Source of the DNA: Octopus sinensis
Lineage: Eukaryota
Assembly: GCF_006345805.1 (NCBI RefSeq)
Contig: NC_043008.1
Coordinates: 3,968,001 to 4,032,000 of the forward strand
Reading direction: 5' to 3'
DNA length: 64,000 nucleotides
This document shows, one piece after another, positions 13,010 to 26,524 of the stretch. The position numbers and the translations under genes were made by a program. The stretch's first letter is position 1; each line of letters begins with the position of its first letter. Under the pieces are notes generated by a model. It did no database searches. It worked only from the letters and a program-made list of their open reading frames with translations, and had not been told where the DNA came from.

Positions 13010-13734
13010 TGTTACAAACAGGACCACAGTTCCTCTGCTTGTATCATGACCCAAAGTCCTAAGGGGAAGGGGTTCATGGAATTAACTCAGCATACATATG
13101 ACATAGTAAAATCATAATCTAAGGAAATTGGTGAAGAACCCCTGTTCAAAATATTCGACTGTTTCATTTCTCTTAGCAACCAAACTTATTGATAGCAACA
13201 AACCTATTTTACAATATACAGCTTCTTTAGTGATTCTGCCATTTCTTGTATCAGAGCATCATTCCTGGCCTGAGTTACTCACAACTAGGTAGACTGGAAC
13301 AACTGGAGTTTAATGCTTTGCAAAAATAAATTAATTAATTTAAAAAAAAACAACTAGAAATAAGTACAGCTAAGCAGTGAAATACTGAATTTCTATCAAT
13401 TTAGCCATTCACACCTCTTTTCTTACTTCATTACAAAATAGTGAAGTTGATTAAATATTTAACATTCTTTAGTGAGAAACAGTGCAAATTTTCACAACAA
13501 GCAGAGCTGTTGAGAAATTCGGTTGGGGTGGCTCACAGTTTCATTGAGATCTATAACAATGTCTCCAGGCTTGTACATAAATTCATCTCTCTGTAACTGT
13601 TGAATAAGTTGTTCATTAATCATATTAGCCACATTTATGGTTGGTTCAAGAATTGTTTCTTTCTACCGAGTCATTTCTGATTGAGTTACTTATGTTGAAT
13701 AATGGGGTAAGACTTTGTTTTTTTAGCCTGTCAA

Positions 13735-13990
13735 CTGATGATGTCAATGTACTTATTTCAGCCATAGATATGTCCATCTTTTGATCAGATACAACCTCTT
13801 CTCACTGGAAAATACGAAAACTAAAAGAAGCAGCACACGTGCCAGGACAAAACAACTGCCTAAATAGACCAAGTGCAGATATGAATAGCATATGGGAACT
13901 GGTATTAAGGAAGGATTGGAAAATATTAGATTTATAAGCCCTAAAATTCACTCCATAAGTGCCCAAGTCTGTCAAATGTAAATAAAGTTC
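13735..13990 (+). mobile_element. Penelope-like element fragment: C-terminus of GIY-YIG-type ORF (13803-13937) preceded by a decayed inverted terminal segment
   Basis: HWKIRKLKEAAHVPGQNNCLNRPSADMNSIWELVLRK* matches the R..KEA..I...N.R...W tail of PLE endonucleases; a ctgatgat remnant lies upstream. Confidence 0.65.
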
Positions 13991-14289
13991 TCATGTTTGT
14001 TAGTTTTTGGTATGTGATATCTCTATGCATGTGATAATTTCAAGCTACCTCTGATTTGATTGGCTCAAGTCCTCTTTGGAATGATCTGGAGTGTCTGTCT
14101 AAAGTATCTTTCTAAAACTACTGTTACTATGCCTAAAGGAAAATTTGTTCTCCTGATATCCCTAAGAGTCTATTCTAAAGCCTAAAAGCAACTTTATGGG
14201 CTACAGTGCCCTCATTGCAAGTTTTCATCAAACCTTCTTTGTATTCTGTTGCTGCTCCTGCCCCTTTGCTAATCTTTCAGGTTGTTGCA

Positions 14290-14500
14290 AGGCAGAAAGA
14301 TGGCAGGACTGTTTGCCAGGCAAACTGCTTAGCTGCATTTCATCTGTCTTCACATTCTGAGTTCAAATTCTGTTGAGGTCAACTTTGCCTTTCATCCTTT
14401 TGGTGGGGTCGATAAAATAAGTACCAGTTGAACACTGAAGTCCATGTAATTGACTCACACCCCTCACCCGAAATTGCTGGCCTTGTCCCAAAATTTAAAT
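14290..14500 (+). mobile_element. SINE family A copy
   Basis: ttctgagttcaaattc...tttgcctttcatcctttt..ggggtcgataaaataagtaccag. Confidence 0.8.
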
Positions 14501-16674
14501 CAATCCTACCAGTTGTTGTTCCACTGATAGTGAGGGTCAATGGTTGTTCAAATGTACCCTAAGCTGGTCTTCCTCCAGGAAGAAAAGTGGCAGCAATATG
14601 GAGAGATGCGACTCCAACAACAAATTTCCCATGTTTCCTTATTCCAGTTATCAGTTTTTCTTGTATTTCAGATTCTTCAAGAAAGAATATTTCATTCATT
14701 TTTGTTCTGAATATGGTTTCCATTAGAGCTGGAGTATCATGGGCTCACTTTCAACAGTAATTTCAGTTTTTACAATAAGCATTGTCTTCTCTAAATTTTA
14801 GCTGGGAAGGAATATGGTATTGGAAAGGTAATCTGGCCATTTAAGAAATATAAATCAATAAAATAAATACCAGACTGACATAAGTCCTGGGGTCAAGAGA
14901 TTATAAATTATTGAAGGCAGTGGACCGATACGACTGCAGTCTTCATTGACTCAACCAAGTAAAATAATAAGTAAAATAAAGGTAAAGAAAAAAATGTTTA
15001 AAATGGTTAAAAAGAAAATTCAAGGTGGTGCCCCAGCATGGCCGCAGTCTAATGACTGAAACAAATAAAAGAATAGGTCATCTATTTTAAACAGAATGCA
15101 CTACTATTTCTAGCAGGTCAACCGATCAGGAAAAGACCCCTTCATTGAAATGCAGTCACATTGCCTTGTTATCAGTCCCTACCAAATTGAGGAAAGCATT
15201 CGTTACATAAGGTAACCCTTGATCTAGCCATAAAGCTACAGTATGGTCATGACTGAGATGCCTTTGGTTATAATAGTTCTAGTCAGAGTTAACCTGAGAC
15301 TAGACAACAACTGCAGCAACAACATCACTGAAAAGGCAGAATGTTCAGCTTCTGGAATGCATTTGTGAGTTGTTGTGCAATTGTCAGGTGCAGCTTGAAT
15401 GAAGGGTGGCTAAATGACAACATCAGCCATTTCCGGTATCATGTATTTCCTGTTTAACTGTTCCCTTTTAATATGATTACCATGAGGGTGTGTCTGTCAT
15501 TTATAAAATTACCATTAAAACATTAGGCCAAAATGTTTTTTCTTTCAAATCAGCTGACCTAATGGAGCCTGATCTCTTTTTTTTTTTTTTTTTTTTTCAC
15601 AATTCAAAACGGAAACTATTTTGACACTGATATATTTGCAATTTCTTTAGATTTTTGTAGCATGCATGCAAAGGAAATGCCATCTGCCATGAGAAGAAAC
15701 TTTGTCTTTCTCTCTCTCTCTCTCTTTCTCTCTCACCCTCTGTTTATTTTATAAAGGTAAAATCAACTTATAGTGGACCAATAGTTCTCATGCTCGTGGG
15801 AAAGCATTGCTGTTACTCAAAGAAAACACCAATGTTTCAAAAAGTTTGAGAATCACTAAGCCTGTTAGTGTAACATATGGTACAATGCTACAAAGATGAT
15901 CATTGGCAATTCTTTGTATTCACAACAGAAGTGATGTATTAAAGAAACAAAATTAAAAAGTATAAACATTAACAATACTTTTGATAATGACTAGACTTTA
16001 TTATGACCCAATCAGAGAAGGTATTGGTAGGGCTAATGACATTTCGAAGGGGACTCTGTGACTGGTGGGGAAAGATTGGAAGAAATCATGCTTTTTAAGT
16101 GTATTTAGAAGGGAGACCCAGTCAGAATGCTTGTAACAGGTGATATTTTGTTAAATTAGATGACAAGGTTAAGTTTATCACAAGGCTTGGGTATGTACAT
16201 ACATACATAGCGAGATTCATGTGTGCATGTGAGTGTATACACACTTCTATGTATATGTCTATATTATACACATGTCTACCCTTTCATAACTATAAATCTG
16301 TTCCTATCTCACCGTTCACTTCAACTCATTGTGTCCCCCCCCCCACCAGTTTTCCCTTAGCTCTTAATGACACTTTTAATCTCTAATGCAAGCTGCAAAG
16401 CCGTCTCACTAATAAGCACCTAGTGAACTCTGCAAATGGTTGGTATTAGGATGCACACCCACCCATAGAAACCTTGATATTGGAGCAGAATTTAGTCCTC
16501 CAACTCACTAGATCCTGTCTAACCATCTAACTTATGCCAGTATGAAAGAGGGATGTTAAATGATGAGGATGATAATGATGCATATGGTTATTTCTCAGTG
16601 TATGTATACATGTTGTATGTGATATACATTTATATATACTCAACAACTGTCATTTTAAACTTATAAATATGAAT

Positions 16675-17405
16675 ATTCCATACAGTCTAGCAAAAAGAAC
16701 CGGTAAGTTAGTATCAAAGCCTGTAAACTGTGACCAAGAGCCAAACAGATCGAAAAGTATACTTGTTCAAAGAGCATCTCCACTTAATTTAATTACTAAT
16801 GGAATAGAAAGAACAAAGCATAAACATGCAGACTGTGCAGCAAAATAAAAAGCAAAAACCAAGAGAAATGTTCTGTAATATGTATTTACATTTAAGCTAC
16901 AGAAATACAAAAAAAAATTTACCATAGTCTACATGAAAACTTTTAAGAATTTGGAAAAATCAACAAATTATTGAAGCACTAAACAACCCAAGGTATTGAT
17001 AAATCTAATTACTTTGACAGGAATTCTTAGATGACTAATTACGAAATGCAGAAAACCATGTTGTGGTGCTTGTTTATATTTGACTGAAGAATCAGAGTTT
17101 AAGGATTTTGGAAAGACAGTTTTACTTGTAACTCTCAGAATTTAATCTGTGCAGTAGTATGTTGTGGTTGTCTTCAGAATCACATCAGATAAACTGGATT
17201 ACCATAACACCAATGTACCATAGTACATGGAATCAACTGTGAAAGTAACAGGTAAATTCCATTAAGTGCACATGTAGCAATTTGTCAGGAATGAACCTAC
17301 TTGATTTCAAAATTTCCTGATATACAAGTGCTCGGATATAATTACAGCACACCAATGAATCACTAAAAACAAATTATTAAGAAATATAAGCCACAGCTAA
17401 ATGGA
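16675..17405 (+). mobile_element. Penelope-like retroelement relic (RT thumb, Cys linker, GIY-YIG endonuclease)
   Basis: Fragments translate as YSLAKRTGKLVS...LVQRASPLNLITNGIER, KCRKPCCGACLYL, FTCNSQNLICAVVCCGCLQNHIR*TG (compare NLIY..C..C...YIGQTG) and IIKKYKPQLN; many frameshifts. Confidence 0.85.
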
Positions 17406-17673
17406 GTAATTAATTATATATAATAGAATGTTGCAGATCATCCATGATTTAGGAAACCTATTATGAAAAGCATTTCAGCTGCAATCAGCTTTTTTATCTG
17501 TCATAGTCTCTTTAGTACTCCATTATCCAAAATATCCTTTTTATTCCATGATGGTAGTGTCTAGTAAGAGAGATATTTCGTTATTATTTCTACTTTAGTA
17601 AGTTCAATGACTAGGTTGAGGTAACTTTGCTGGCTTGTATGGTCTCCAGATTTTGGTGGTACTACAACCAAAG

Positions 17674-17914
17674 GCACCAAATAAGACGGCAAGCTGGCAG
17701 AATCGTTAGCACGTCGGGCGAAATGCGTAGCCGTATTTCGTCTGCCGTTACGTTCTGAGTTCAAATTCCGCCAAGGTCGACTTTGCCTTTCACCTTTCAG
17801 GGTCGATAAATTAAGTACCAGTTACACACTGGGGTCGATGTAATCGACTTAATCCGTTTGTCTGTCCTTGTTTGTCCTCTCTGTGTTTAGCCCCTTGTGG
17901 GTAGTAAAGAAATA
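17674..17914 (+). mobile_element. Young SINE family A copy with 16-bp target-site duplication
   Basis: ggtactacaaccaaag at 17658-17673 and 17915-17930; CpG-rich and close to the 53622 copy. Confidence 0.92.
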
Positions 17915-18582
17915 GGTACTACAACCAAAGCAAGCAAGGTGAATTTATCAAAGCTTGACACCTTCTTCTACACTCTTTAATTGTGCATTATTTTCCAACC
18001 TTACCTGTGTGTGTGTGTGTGCACGCTGGTCAAGATCAAATTGGTTAATGACACTCTCAAATTCTTTGAGACTGTGTTTGCATGTGTGTATATGTATGTG
18101 TGTGTGTGACCTCCACCTAGATCATTATTGCCAACAAATCTTATGGTCGTTTCTTAGTTTATCCTTCATCTGTACATGCCTTCATTCTTTGCTGTTTTGA
18201 TTGTACATCATTGGATATCAAATTGTAGTATTTGGAGATATTAAGTTTGCAAGCTACTTCTAAAAGTTTGTAGTGATTTATAGAAAGTATGGCAGCTGTG
18301 ATTTATAGAAACTGGTTAATCTCGGCAATATTGTTGTTAACATTTCAGTCTCGTGTTGCAGAATGGAGAGATAAAAGATTCTTTGCTGCTTTTATCAATT
18401 TACCAATATTCTAGCAGTGGACCTCTCAATATTTCTTTTTGTTTTTCTATTTGATTCCGTAAAGAGGAAGGGGTCAGCCGCTTTGCCATTATACTCCACC
18501 AAAATGGATGAGATTGACATAGTTAATGTTCTTAAATAGTTGTAGGTTGACAAACTTCATTTTATCTGGGGGGTTTTTAATC

Positions 18583-18915
18583 ATTAGACTGTAGCCATGC
18601 TGAGGGACTGCTTTGAAGAGTTTTGTTAAGCAAATCGGCCCCAGTACATTTCTTAAAGTCTGGCACTTATTTTATTGGTCTCTTTTGCTGAGCCACTACA
18701 TTATGGGGGCATAGAAAGACTAACACTGGTTGTCGAGTAGTGGGTGGGGAGACAAACACAATCCACACATACATGTATTTATATATGGTGGGCTTATACA
18801 CAGTTTCTGTCTCCCAAATTCCACTCACAAGGCATTGGTTGGTCCAGGGCTATCATAAAAGACACTTGCCTGAGGCACCATGCAGTGGGACTCACATCAC
18901 CATGCCAGCACCTAT
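18583..18915 (-). mobile_element. SINE family B copy (degenerate)
   Basis: Reverse-complement match to 3369-3779. Confidence 0.75.
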
Positions 18916-19217
18916 GCACAAAATTTAACAAAAAGGGAAAAAAGACAGAGAGTGGAGGGCATTACAGAGGAAAACATGCTGGGGTGGTGGTGGGGGGGGA
19001 GATTTAAACCATGTTGTTTAGGTCCAGGCTCCTAATTGAACATTCCTGCATGAAAATCATCGTGTCATTTTTTTGTTTGTTTTTGATTTTTGAGGCTCAC
19101 ATAATGCAATGTTTTTTTCTTTTTTTTTACGACAATATGGTGATGATTTCAGGAAGATTTAGCTGCTATTTCTAACTGGTGAAGATATTACATAGAGGTT
19201 TTATTTTACTATGGATA

Positions 19218-19419
19218 CTGCATTTTCCAGTGTACAAGTTGACATAGTATATAGTGTAAACATGTGATGAGAACATTCAAACATCACCACTGTCTTTCCA
19301 AATCTAGCTGCATTTCACATGAAAATTTTGGTCCTCCAAAATCATCTTAGTGTATAAGTCAACTTTTTTGGCAGCAGATTTTGGTCTAAAAACTTCGACT
19401 TATATGCCAGACAATACAG
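19218..19419. mobile_element. Tc2/pogo-like MITE with TA TSD
   Basis: TA|ctgcattttccagtgtacaagttga ... tcgacttatatgccagacaatacag|TA; the TIRs resemble the CCGTATTTT...TATAAGTCGA class. Confidence 0.7.
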
Positions 19420-19712
19420 TATTTTAATCTTCGTAAGATTTGAAACTTAACACAGTTCCTAATTTTAAAGACTGATAATGGTGTAGGCTTCATCGTTTGG
19501 TGTCTTATAAGACAATCACAGCACTTAACTGCGATTGTCTTATACAATCTCTCTTAAGTAATTCTTGTTGACTGTCCTTCATATTACAGGAACTTAGCAA
19601 GATAATTGTTTGAAGGAAATGGCATTGTTACAGTGATACATCCATGTTGCTGTTCCTGAAATTGTTTGCATCCCACAGTTGGCATTGTAAGTGTATGTGT
19701 GTATGCATGCAC

Positions 19713-19757
<45 letters not shown>

Positions 19758-21120
19758 TATATATATAATATGAATTAGAGATAAAACCACTATTATGCAA
19801 CTCAAACAGTGATAGACATAAACCAATACATAAATAACAAATAATATATATATATAAATAAATATATATATAATTTTTTTTAAATAAATATATAACTTAT
19901 AACTAGATCTCAAAAAGTATAAAATGAATGATAAATATATAATATAATAAGTATATATATATATATATATGTATATATATAGCTGTGGAGAGATAGATAC
20001 ATGGCTTAATATTGATGACTGCTGCTGCATTAAACATTATTAATGACAAAAGTAATAAATCTAGTAAAAAAAAAAAGACGAATCAGATAATGAAGAGAAA
20101 GTGTAATTTAAACATTTGGATTTGCAAGTGAAGTAGAAAAATATGTTTAACAGAATTGAATGGTTAAGAAAAGAGTGGAATTTAATTGAATTGTATTAGG
20201 ATAAAATCCTACAGTTTCAGGAAAGAGAGGGAGGGACAGACAGACAGACATAGATAGAGAGTGTTGTTTTTGTTGTTCTAGCCGTGCATTAGTTAGGGAA
20301 ATTAGATATGTTGAATTTTATTTTCGTAACTTCATGATGCTGTCATGAACAGTTAAGAGAAAGTGGCTCCTGTGACAATCAGAACGACTTCTACAATTTT
20401 TACATCATCAAATGAGACTCGTAAACAGAGTAAAAAGAAAGGCAATAATTTCGTTTCATTGCTGAGACGAAGCATCCCTATCATTATAATAGTTACTGAA
20501 TAAATTACTCAGACAATCCATCTGCATGAAAAATAATAGTCATGTTGCTGTTTATTTATTGACTAATTTTGCCTTTTCTTCCACCATCAAATTATTTCTA
20601 ATTAGCTTCTGAAAACTCTCTGCATTAAATATAAATACGCTAACACTAACCTAACTTACCTATTGATTTTCTTATGAATAGTGTCTGAGTGATTTCTCAC
20701 TCTAATATTCTCTGAAATATGCTAATTTTCTACACTAACTTTTGTAATATATTGTACATTTTACACAGGGATTCTCATTTACATTGGGATTCTCATATCA
20801 AAGTTTTGGCAAGTGTGGAGAAGTTTATACTTTACTGAGGTCTAATAAGACAGAAATGCATCTCAGGTTATCTCTCATAAATGCATGAGTAATTAAAATA
20901 ATAAGCATTGACTATTATCTTTTACTTAAGTATTCATAATTAGATTGTTAATATTTGCTTCATTCTTGCTTGTCCAGCCATGGCGAATGAGATATATATA
21001 TATGTATATAGACTTGTTAAAGACTTGTTTTATTTATATTTCCTGAGCGCCATACTAATACAATTGTTTGTTTGTTTTCCACCTGCCTTCGTCTTTTGTC
21101 TATTTTCATAAAGCTTCCCG

Positions 21121-21172
<52 letters not shown>

Positions 21173-21659
21173 TATGCCATGATAGATTGCTAGCCACTAC
21201 ACATATATGTATCTATTGATATATGTATATATATATGTATATATATATATACGTGCGTGTGTTTGTGTGTGTATATATATATATAATATATATATATATA
21301 TATAATAGCATAACACTGAAATGCTGTGAAAAAAGTTAGCATTTGGTTTATATGCTGTGTGCTTCTTATCTCTGAGAATCAAATAGATACTGTCGAATTA
21401 ATGGTGAGCTGCCAAATGTGCAAATATGTAAATTAGTCAATCCTCTACTGGGCCGACCTAATTCAAAACTGCTTTGTATTATAGGTGACCTATGCTATTG
21501 ATTGGGGAAGGTAGCTTGTTATATTTTCCCTGAGGAGTAATCAACAAGCAATGAAAGACTCTCCTAATAGTGATTTTATACTAAACTAAAAACTGGTGCT
21601 GGAACATACTGAAGCTGTACTCACTAATAAGCCTGCAATATTAAAACAACAAATTAGTC

Positions 21660-21864
21660 AACCATTTAGTATTTAAACCAGTCATGTCTGACCCAAATAT
21701 TCTACCTATTTTACTTTCAAACCAGCTAAATCCAGCCTTTCATGCCTGTCCTACAATGTCATTCTAAAAATTAAAAGTTACATTAGCAAAACCTTGAATC
21801 TACGAACTAGTGCAGGATTTATTCAAAACAAAACGAGCAAATAAGCATTATATGTGATCTAGTA
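21660..21864. mobile_element. MITE family G copy interrupted by a family C insertion
   Basis: Homologous to 7246-7435; family C starts at gtaat|catcatc. Confidence 0.6.
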
Positions 21865-22363
21865 ATCATCATCATCGTTTAACGTCCACCTTCCATGCTA
21901 GCATGGGTTGGACGATTTGGCTGGGGTATGAGAAGCCAGGAGGCTGCACCAGGCTCCAATCTTGATCTGGCAGAGTTTCTACAGCTGGATGCCATTCCTA
22001 ACGCCAACCACTTCGAGAGTATAATGAGTGCTTTTTACGTGCCACTGGCACAGGGGCCAGTCAGGCGCCACTGGCAACGACCTCGCTCAAATCTTTTTAC
22101 ACATGCCATCAGCACAGGTGCCAGTAAGGCGATGCTGGTAACGATCGCACTCAAATGGTGCCTTTTTACATGTCACTGCACGGGGGGGGGCAGTCAAGCA
22201 GTACTAGCAATGACCTCACTTGAATCTTTTTACACATGCCATCGGCACAGGTTCCAGTAAGGCGACGTTGGTAACGATCACGCTCGAAAGTTGCCATTTT
22301 ACATGCCACCGGCATTGAAACCAGTTGGTTGCTCTGGCAACGATCACCCTCGTATGGGGCTCT
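21865..22363 (-). mobile_element. RTE-LINE 3' end (family C) with expanded internal tandem units
   Basis: catcatcatcgtttaacgtccaccttccatgctagcatgggttgg... Confidence 0.88.
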
Positions 22364-23139
22364 GGTTAAAAATATAACTTAATGTTAAAAGCTTTTGAAA
22401 CTTTTGAAAGGTTTTTTTTCAATTAGTAATGTCACCAGTTCAGCTAAGCACACAAGCCATTGAGTGTCTGAAAGCTCAGTATAGTCCTCCACTAAATATA
22501 GAAATGGTAATTCTGGAATGCTGGATCTGTGGAATGGAACAAATTATTCGATACTTACCATGTCATTTGTGTACTCAAGCAGGACTGACATGGGTTAAGC
22601 AACAATCATAATTATATAACCTTTAACAGTATTCACATATATTGCATAGTAGCAATACTATCAACGATACTGATTTTTTTAAATATACCATCATTTAATA
22701 TCTACTTTTCCATGCTTGCATGTGTCAGAGAATTGGCTGAAGTAGATTTTTTTTACTTGCCAAATGCTCTTCCTGTTGCCAACCATCACCTATTTCCAAG
22801 CAAGGTAATATTTCTCCATCACCAGATATGCTTTTCATGAAAGACTGAAAATTCACAACACCACTTGTATGACAATGATGCTTGTTTACAACCATCACTT
22901 AACTTTAAGACAAGAAAAAACACACACACACACACACACACACAAAATAGACTTCTTTCTGCTTCAGTCTACCCAAACGACTCACAAAGGATTGGTTGGC
23001 CTATGGTTATAGCAGAAAACCCCCAAATTACCATGCAGCGGCACTAAATCCAAGACCACATAGTTGGGAAGCAAGCTTTTTAGCCCTACAGCAGTAATTT
23101 AATGGGATTAGTAAGAATTTGCATCACCAAAAGTATTTG

Positions 23140-23800
23140 CCTTTCCATAATTTGCTTTGCAGTTGTTGAGCTTCTTCAGGGCATCACTGAGTCAATGAGG
23201 GGTGGCAGGATTGAGTCAGTTGTCAGTCTCATTCTCAGCCAGGATGCTGAAGGGGTTGGTAATAAAGCACACAATGGGTGGGGGTGATACTGGGATCACA
23301 GAGACCAGATGAGTCAGGGGCGGGACTGGTACTTCATGGTGGGGTTTGCTTGCAACTTCAATGTGAGTGTTACAGCCAGCAATGATGGTTGGTATTGCCG
23401 AGTTGAGCTCCTCTGTAGACCTGGCGGTCAGTGACAAATGACCCACAGTGATGAGAGATGATGATGATATGGTTGATTCCCTTCTGGGTGTGGTCATCTG
23501 GACTGTACCAAGTCTAGTGATGGATACGTTTGCAGGGAAACAGGTGTAGGCAATGTAGAGATTGTTGTAGCAACAGAGGAGCAGCAGCAGCAGGCAATTG
23601 CCATTGTCATTGGTGAAGAGGCCCCACACCAAACAGCTGGACATGATTGTAGGGGCGCTAAGAGGCTGGCACCGGACCACCAACAATGGAGAGCACTTGT
23701 GGACCTGGTTGACTCAATGCATGATGATTCCTCAAAGACCACTTAGTTGGACTGAACCCCAGCCACATCAATCATGAAGCTAGCCTCCAGCAAAATTTGC
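23140..23800 (-). mobile_element. Possible decayed LINE ORF1 segment (GC-richer, S/T/P-rich)
   Basis: ORF 23216-23686 ends ...ITNPFSILAENETDN, similar to the N(R/P)F..L motif of CR1/L2-type ORF1; composition differs from the flanks. Confidence 0.3.
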
Positions 23801-24154
23801 AGTTAAATGATGTCAGTTACTAGGCCCTGGTCAGTAGGATATAAACATACAAGATTTTTGACTCCTTATAGTATATATATATATCAATTTTTTAAAAAAG
23901 CATGAATTTAATGCTACAGCTGTGTTTTAAATAACTTTTGTGGCTTTGTTTTAAGGTAATTGTTCCAGTTTCAATATAAAATTTCAACTGTTTAGTAAAA
24001 TGAGTATAACTTTCGAACTTTTGATAAGTGGATTTAGGAAGAAGCACAGAATTTATCTTAGTGACTCCTAAATCATATTAATCAATGAAAGATAACTGAG
24101 AACATATTACAGGGTATTTCTTGGGAGATTTCCATATAGCATGTATGCAAAATG

Positions 24155-24565
24155 TGTTATTTAGCTCTGTCAGTTCTGATTGAGCCAGACTCATTATCAA
24201 TGTCCCTCTAATCATGATCATTCTGGTCTTTTCTTCAGCCATAGTGTACTTTGGATTGCATTTTCTAATTTAGCAGTTGTTAAGTTGGTAGAGAGGGTTT
24301 AAAAGGAAAGTTTAGCTGTTGTCTCGACCAGGTTAACTAACCACATACTAGCAGGTTCATTGGTTTGGAAAGGCACATGTTGATGTTGTTTAGCCCAAGC
24401 TAACCATCATCAAACAGAAATATCATTAAAGGCATTCTAGCCATGACTGCCCTGCCTCTTACAAAGATTGTAGTTTACATTAACCAATATGTCTTCTCCT
24501 TATAATGATAGCGTATGACATGAGGAGCGTTTGGCTGCTATTTCTTGAAGGTGAAGCAATCATGT
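24155..24565 (-). mobile_element. Two tandem copies of ancient family F
   Basis: Both begin (tg)ttgtttagc.c and contain ttggctgctatttc / tagctgttgtctc. Confidence 0.6.
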
Positions 24566-24874
24566 ATTTTGAGTGTGTGTCTGTGTGTGCATATGAATAT
24601 AGTTTGCATATTATTTCAGTTTGCTCATAATCTATTCTAGAAGCCTTTCAATCCAGTTGTAACAGCACACTTTGCACTTTGTAAATAAGGACCAAAGGGA
24701 AAAGAGAAAAACTAAAATCATTGCAACTTTATTTCTTTTTTCCAAAAAGAATCCATTGTCGGAATATTGTTTCTGTCAGATACATTTATACTTTGTATAA
24801 CGGAAAACATGAAATTTGTTTGTATATTTGAAAACATTTAGATCAATATGCCAACCAGTGAAATTAATAGCTAC

Positions 24875-24919
<45 letters not shown>

Positions 24920-25220
24920 TCTATGTATGTGTGCAGATAGCTATGTATGTATGTATGTATGTGCTTATCTGTATGTATGAATTTGCATGCACGCATGCAT
25001 GTGTGTTTTTCTTTGAAATTTATTTAAGGTCTATTTTTCGTTTGTTTGTATAAAATCCAAGCTGGTCACTAGCAGTGCGACAAGGCCCTTTTGTCTGAGT
25101 GAAGGCATTTCTTGAGATTTGAGAATATATAAACGAGTTTATGCATGTGTAGGCATATGTGTGGATAAACTTGCACATGTAATGTATACACCCATGAGTG
25201 TGTGTGTATATATATATATA

Positions 25221-25594
25221 GGAGTGGCTATGTGGTAAGTAGCTTGCTTATGAACCACATGGTTCCTTGGTTCATTCCCACAGCATGGCACCTTGGGCAA
25301 GTGTCTTCTACTATAGCCTCGGGCTGATCAAAGCCTTGTGAGTGGATTTGGTAGACTGAAACTGAAAGAAGCCCATTGTATATGTGTTTGTGTGTGTGTC
25401 TATGTTTGTCCCCCCAACATCGCTTGACAACCGATACTTGTGTGTATACGTCCCCGTAACTTAGCGGTTCAGCAAAAGAAAACAACAGAATAAGTACTAG
25501 GCTTACAAAGAATAAGTCCTGGGGCCGATTTGCTCGACTAAAGGTGGTGCTCCAGCATAGCCACAGTCAAATGACTGAAACAAGTAAAAGAGTA
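25221..25594 (+). mobile_element. SINE family B, full-length
   Basis: Collinear match to 3369-3779. Confidence 0.9.
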
Positions 25595-26216
25595 TATGTA
25601 CACATATATTTTGGTGTGAAAAAAATGAATTAAACTTTTCAGGAAACAAAAAATTAATGCTTGATAGTGATGTAAAATGAATTGCCAGCAGATATCAATT
25701 AATTAGAATATTGTCAGACTGAGAATTTGGTCTCAGAATTCTTCGACACATAATTTTATGGATTCAGTATTGGCCTTCTACAATGATATTGTTACTAACC
25801 ATTCTCTTCTATGTATTTTGCAAGCCTCGTACACTGTATGGCATGCAAATCCCATGATCATGCAGATCTCCTGATTTAAAAACCTAATGAGAACTAAACC
25901 ACCTGGTTCTAAATTTTATCAGATATCTCTTAATCCATCACGAAAATAAAAACCATCTTCCTTTTGAATTGGCAGACATTGTTCAAAACCTTTAGCAAAA
26001 GTGCAGAATTCTATGAGGCCTTCAATCAGATGTTTTAGCCCTTAACTCACTGTTTTCCGTTCTGTGTGATTTGCAGCAATTTAGTGTTTCACATATTTGG
26101 GAAATTGTCCAAGTTCAGAATATTATATCTCTGATTATCACATTTTTCTCCCAGATTAAAATCAACATTTATTACATATTTTGATGAGGAGGCATACTTG
26201 TTAAATCTAAAAAAAC

Positions 26217-26524
26217 CTGGCATTCTGTCAGTTACGACAACAATTGTTGCAGTTGATCTGATCAACAGAAGTACCTGCTTGTGAAATTAACATGCAAGTG
26301 GCTGAGTACTCCACAGACAGGTGTACTCTTCACATAGTTCTCAGGAAGATTCAGTGTGACACAATGTTACAAAGCTGGCTCTTTGAATTACCTGTACAAC
26401 TCGTTTTTGCCTGATGAGGGCACTGGAGCAATGTGAAATAAAGAGACTTGCCCAACGACACAATGCACTGACAAGGATCGAACTCACAGCCTTAGGACTA
26501 TGAGCTGAATACCACTGAGCCACA
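26217..26524 (-). mobile_element. tRNA-derived SINE family E
   Basis: Minus strand has A box gtggctcagtgg and B box gagttcgatcc. Its head is shared with family D; a second copy is at 51697-51932. Confidence 0.8.

Noticed and set aside
18100-18450. Possible minus-strand retroelement coding relic
   Set aside because: No ordered motifs could be recovered by eye.
21865-22363. About 60-bp tandem units as a CRISPR-like array
   Set aside because: The units are degenerate whole-unit repeats inside an RTE 3' UTR, with no unique spacers or cas genes, in a eukaryotic context.
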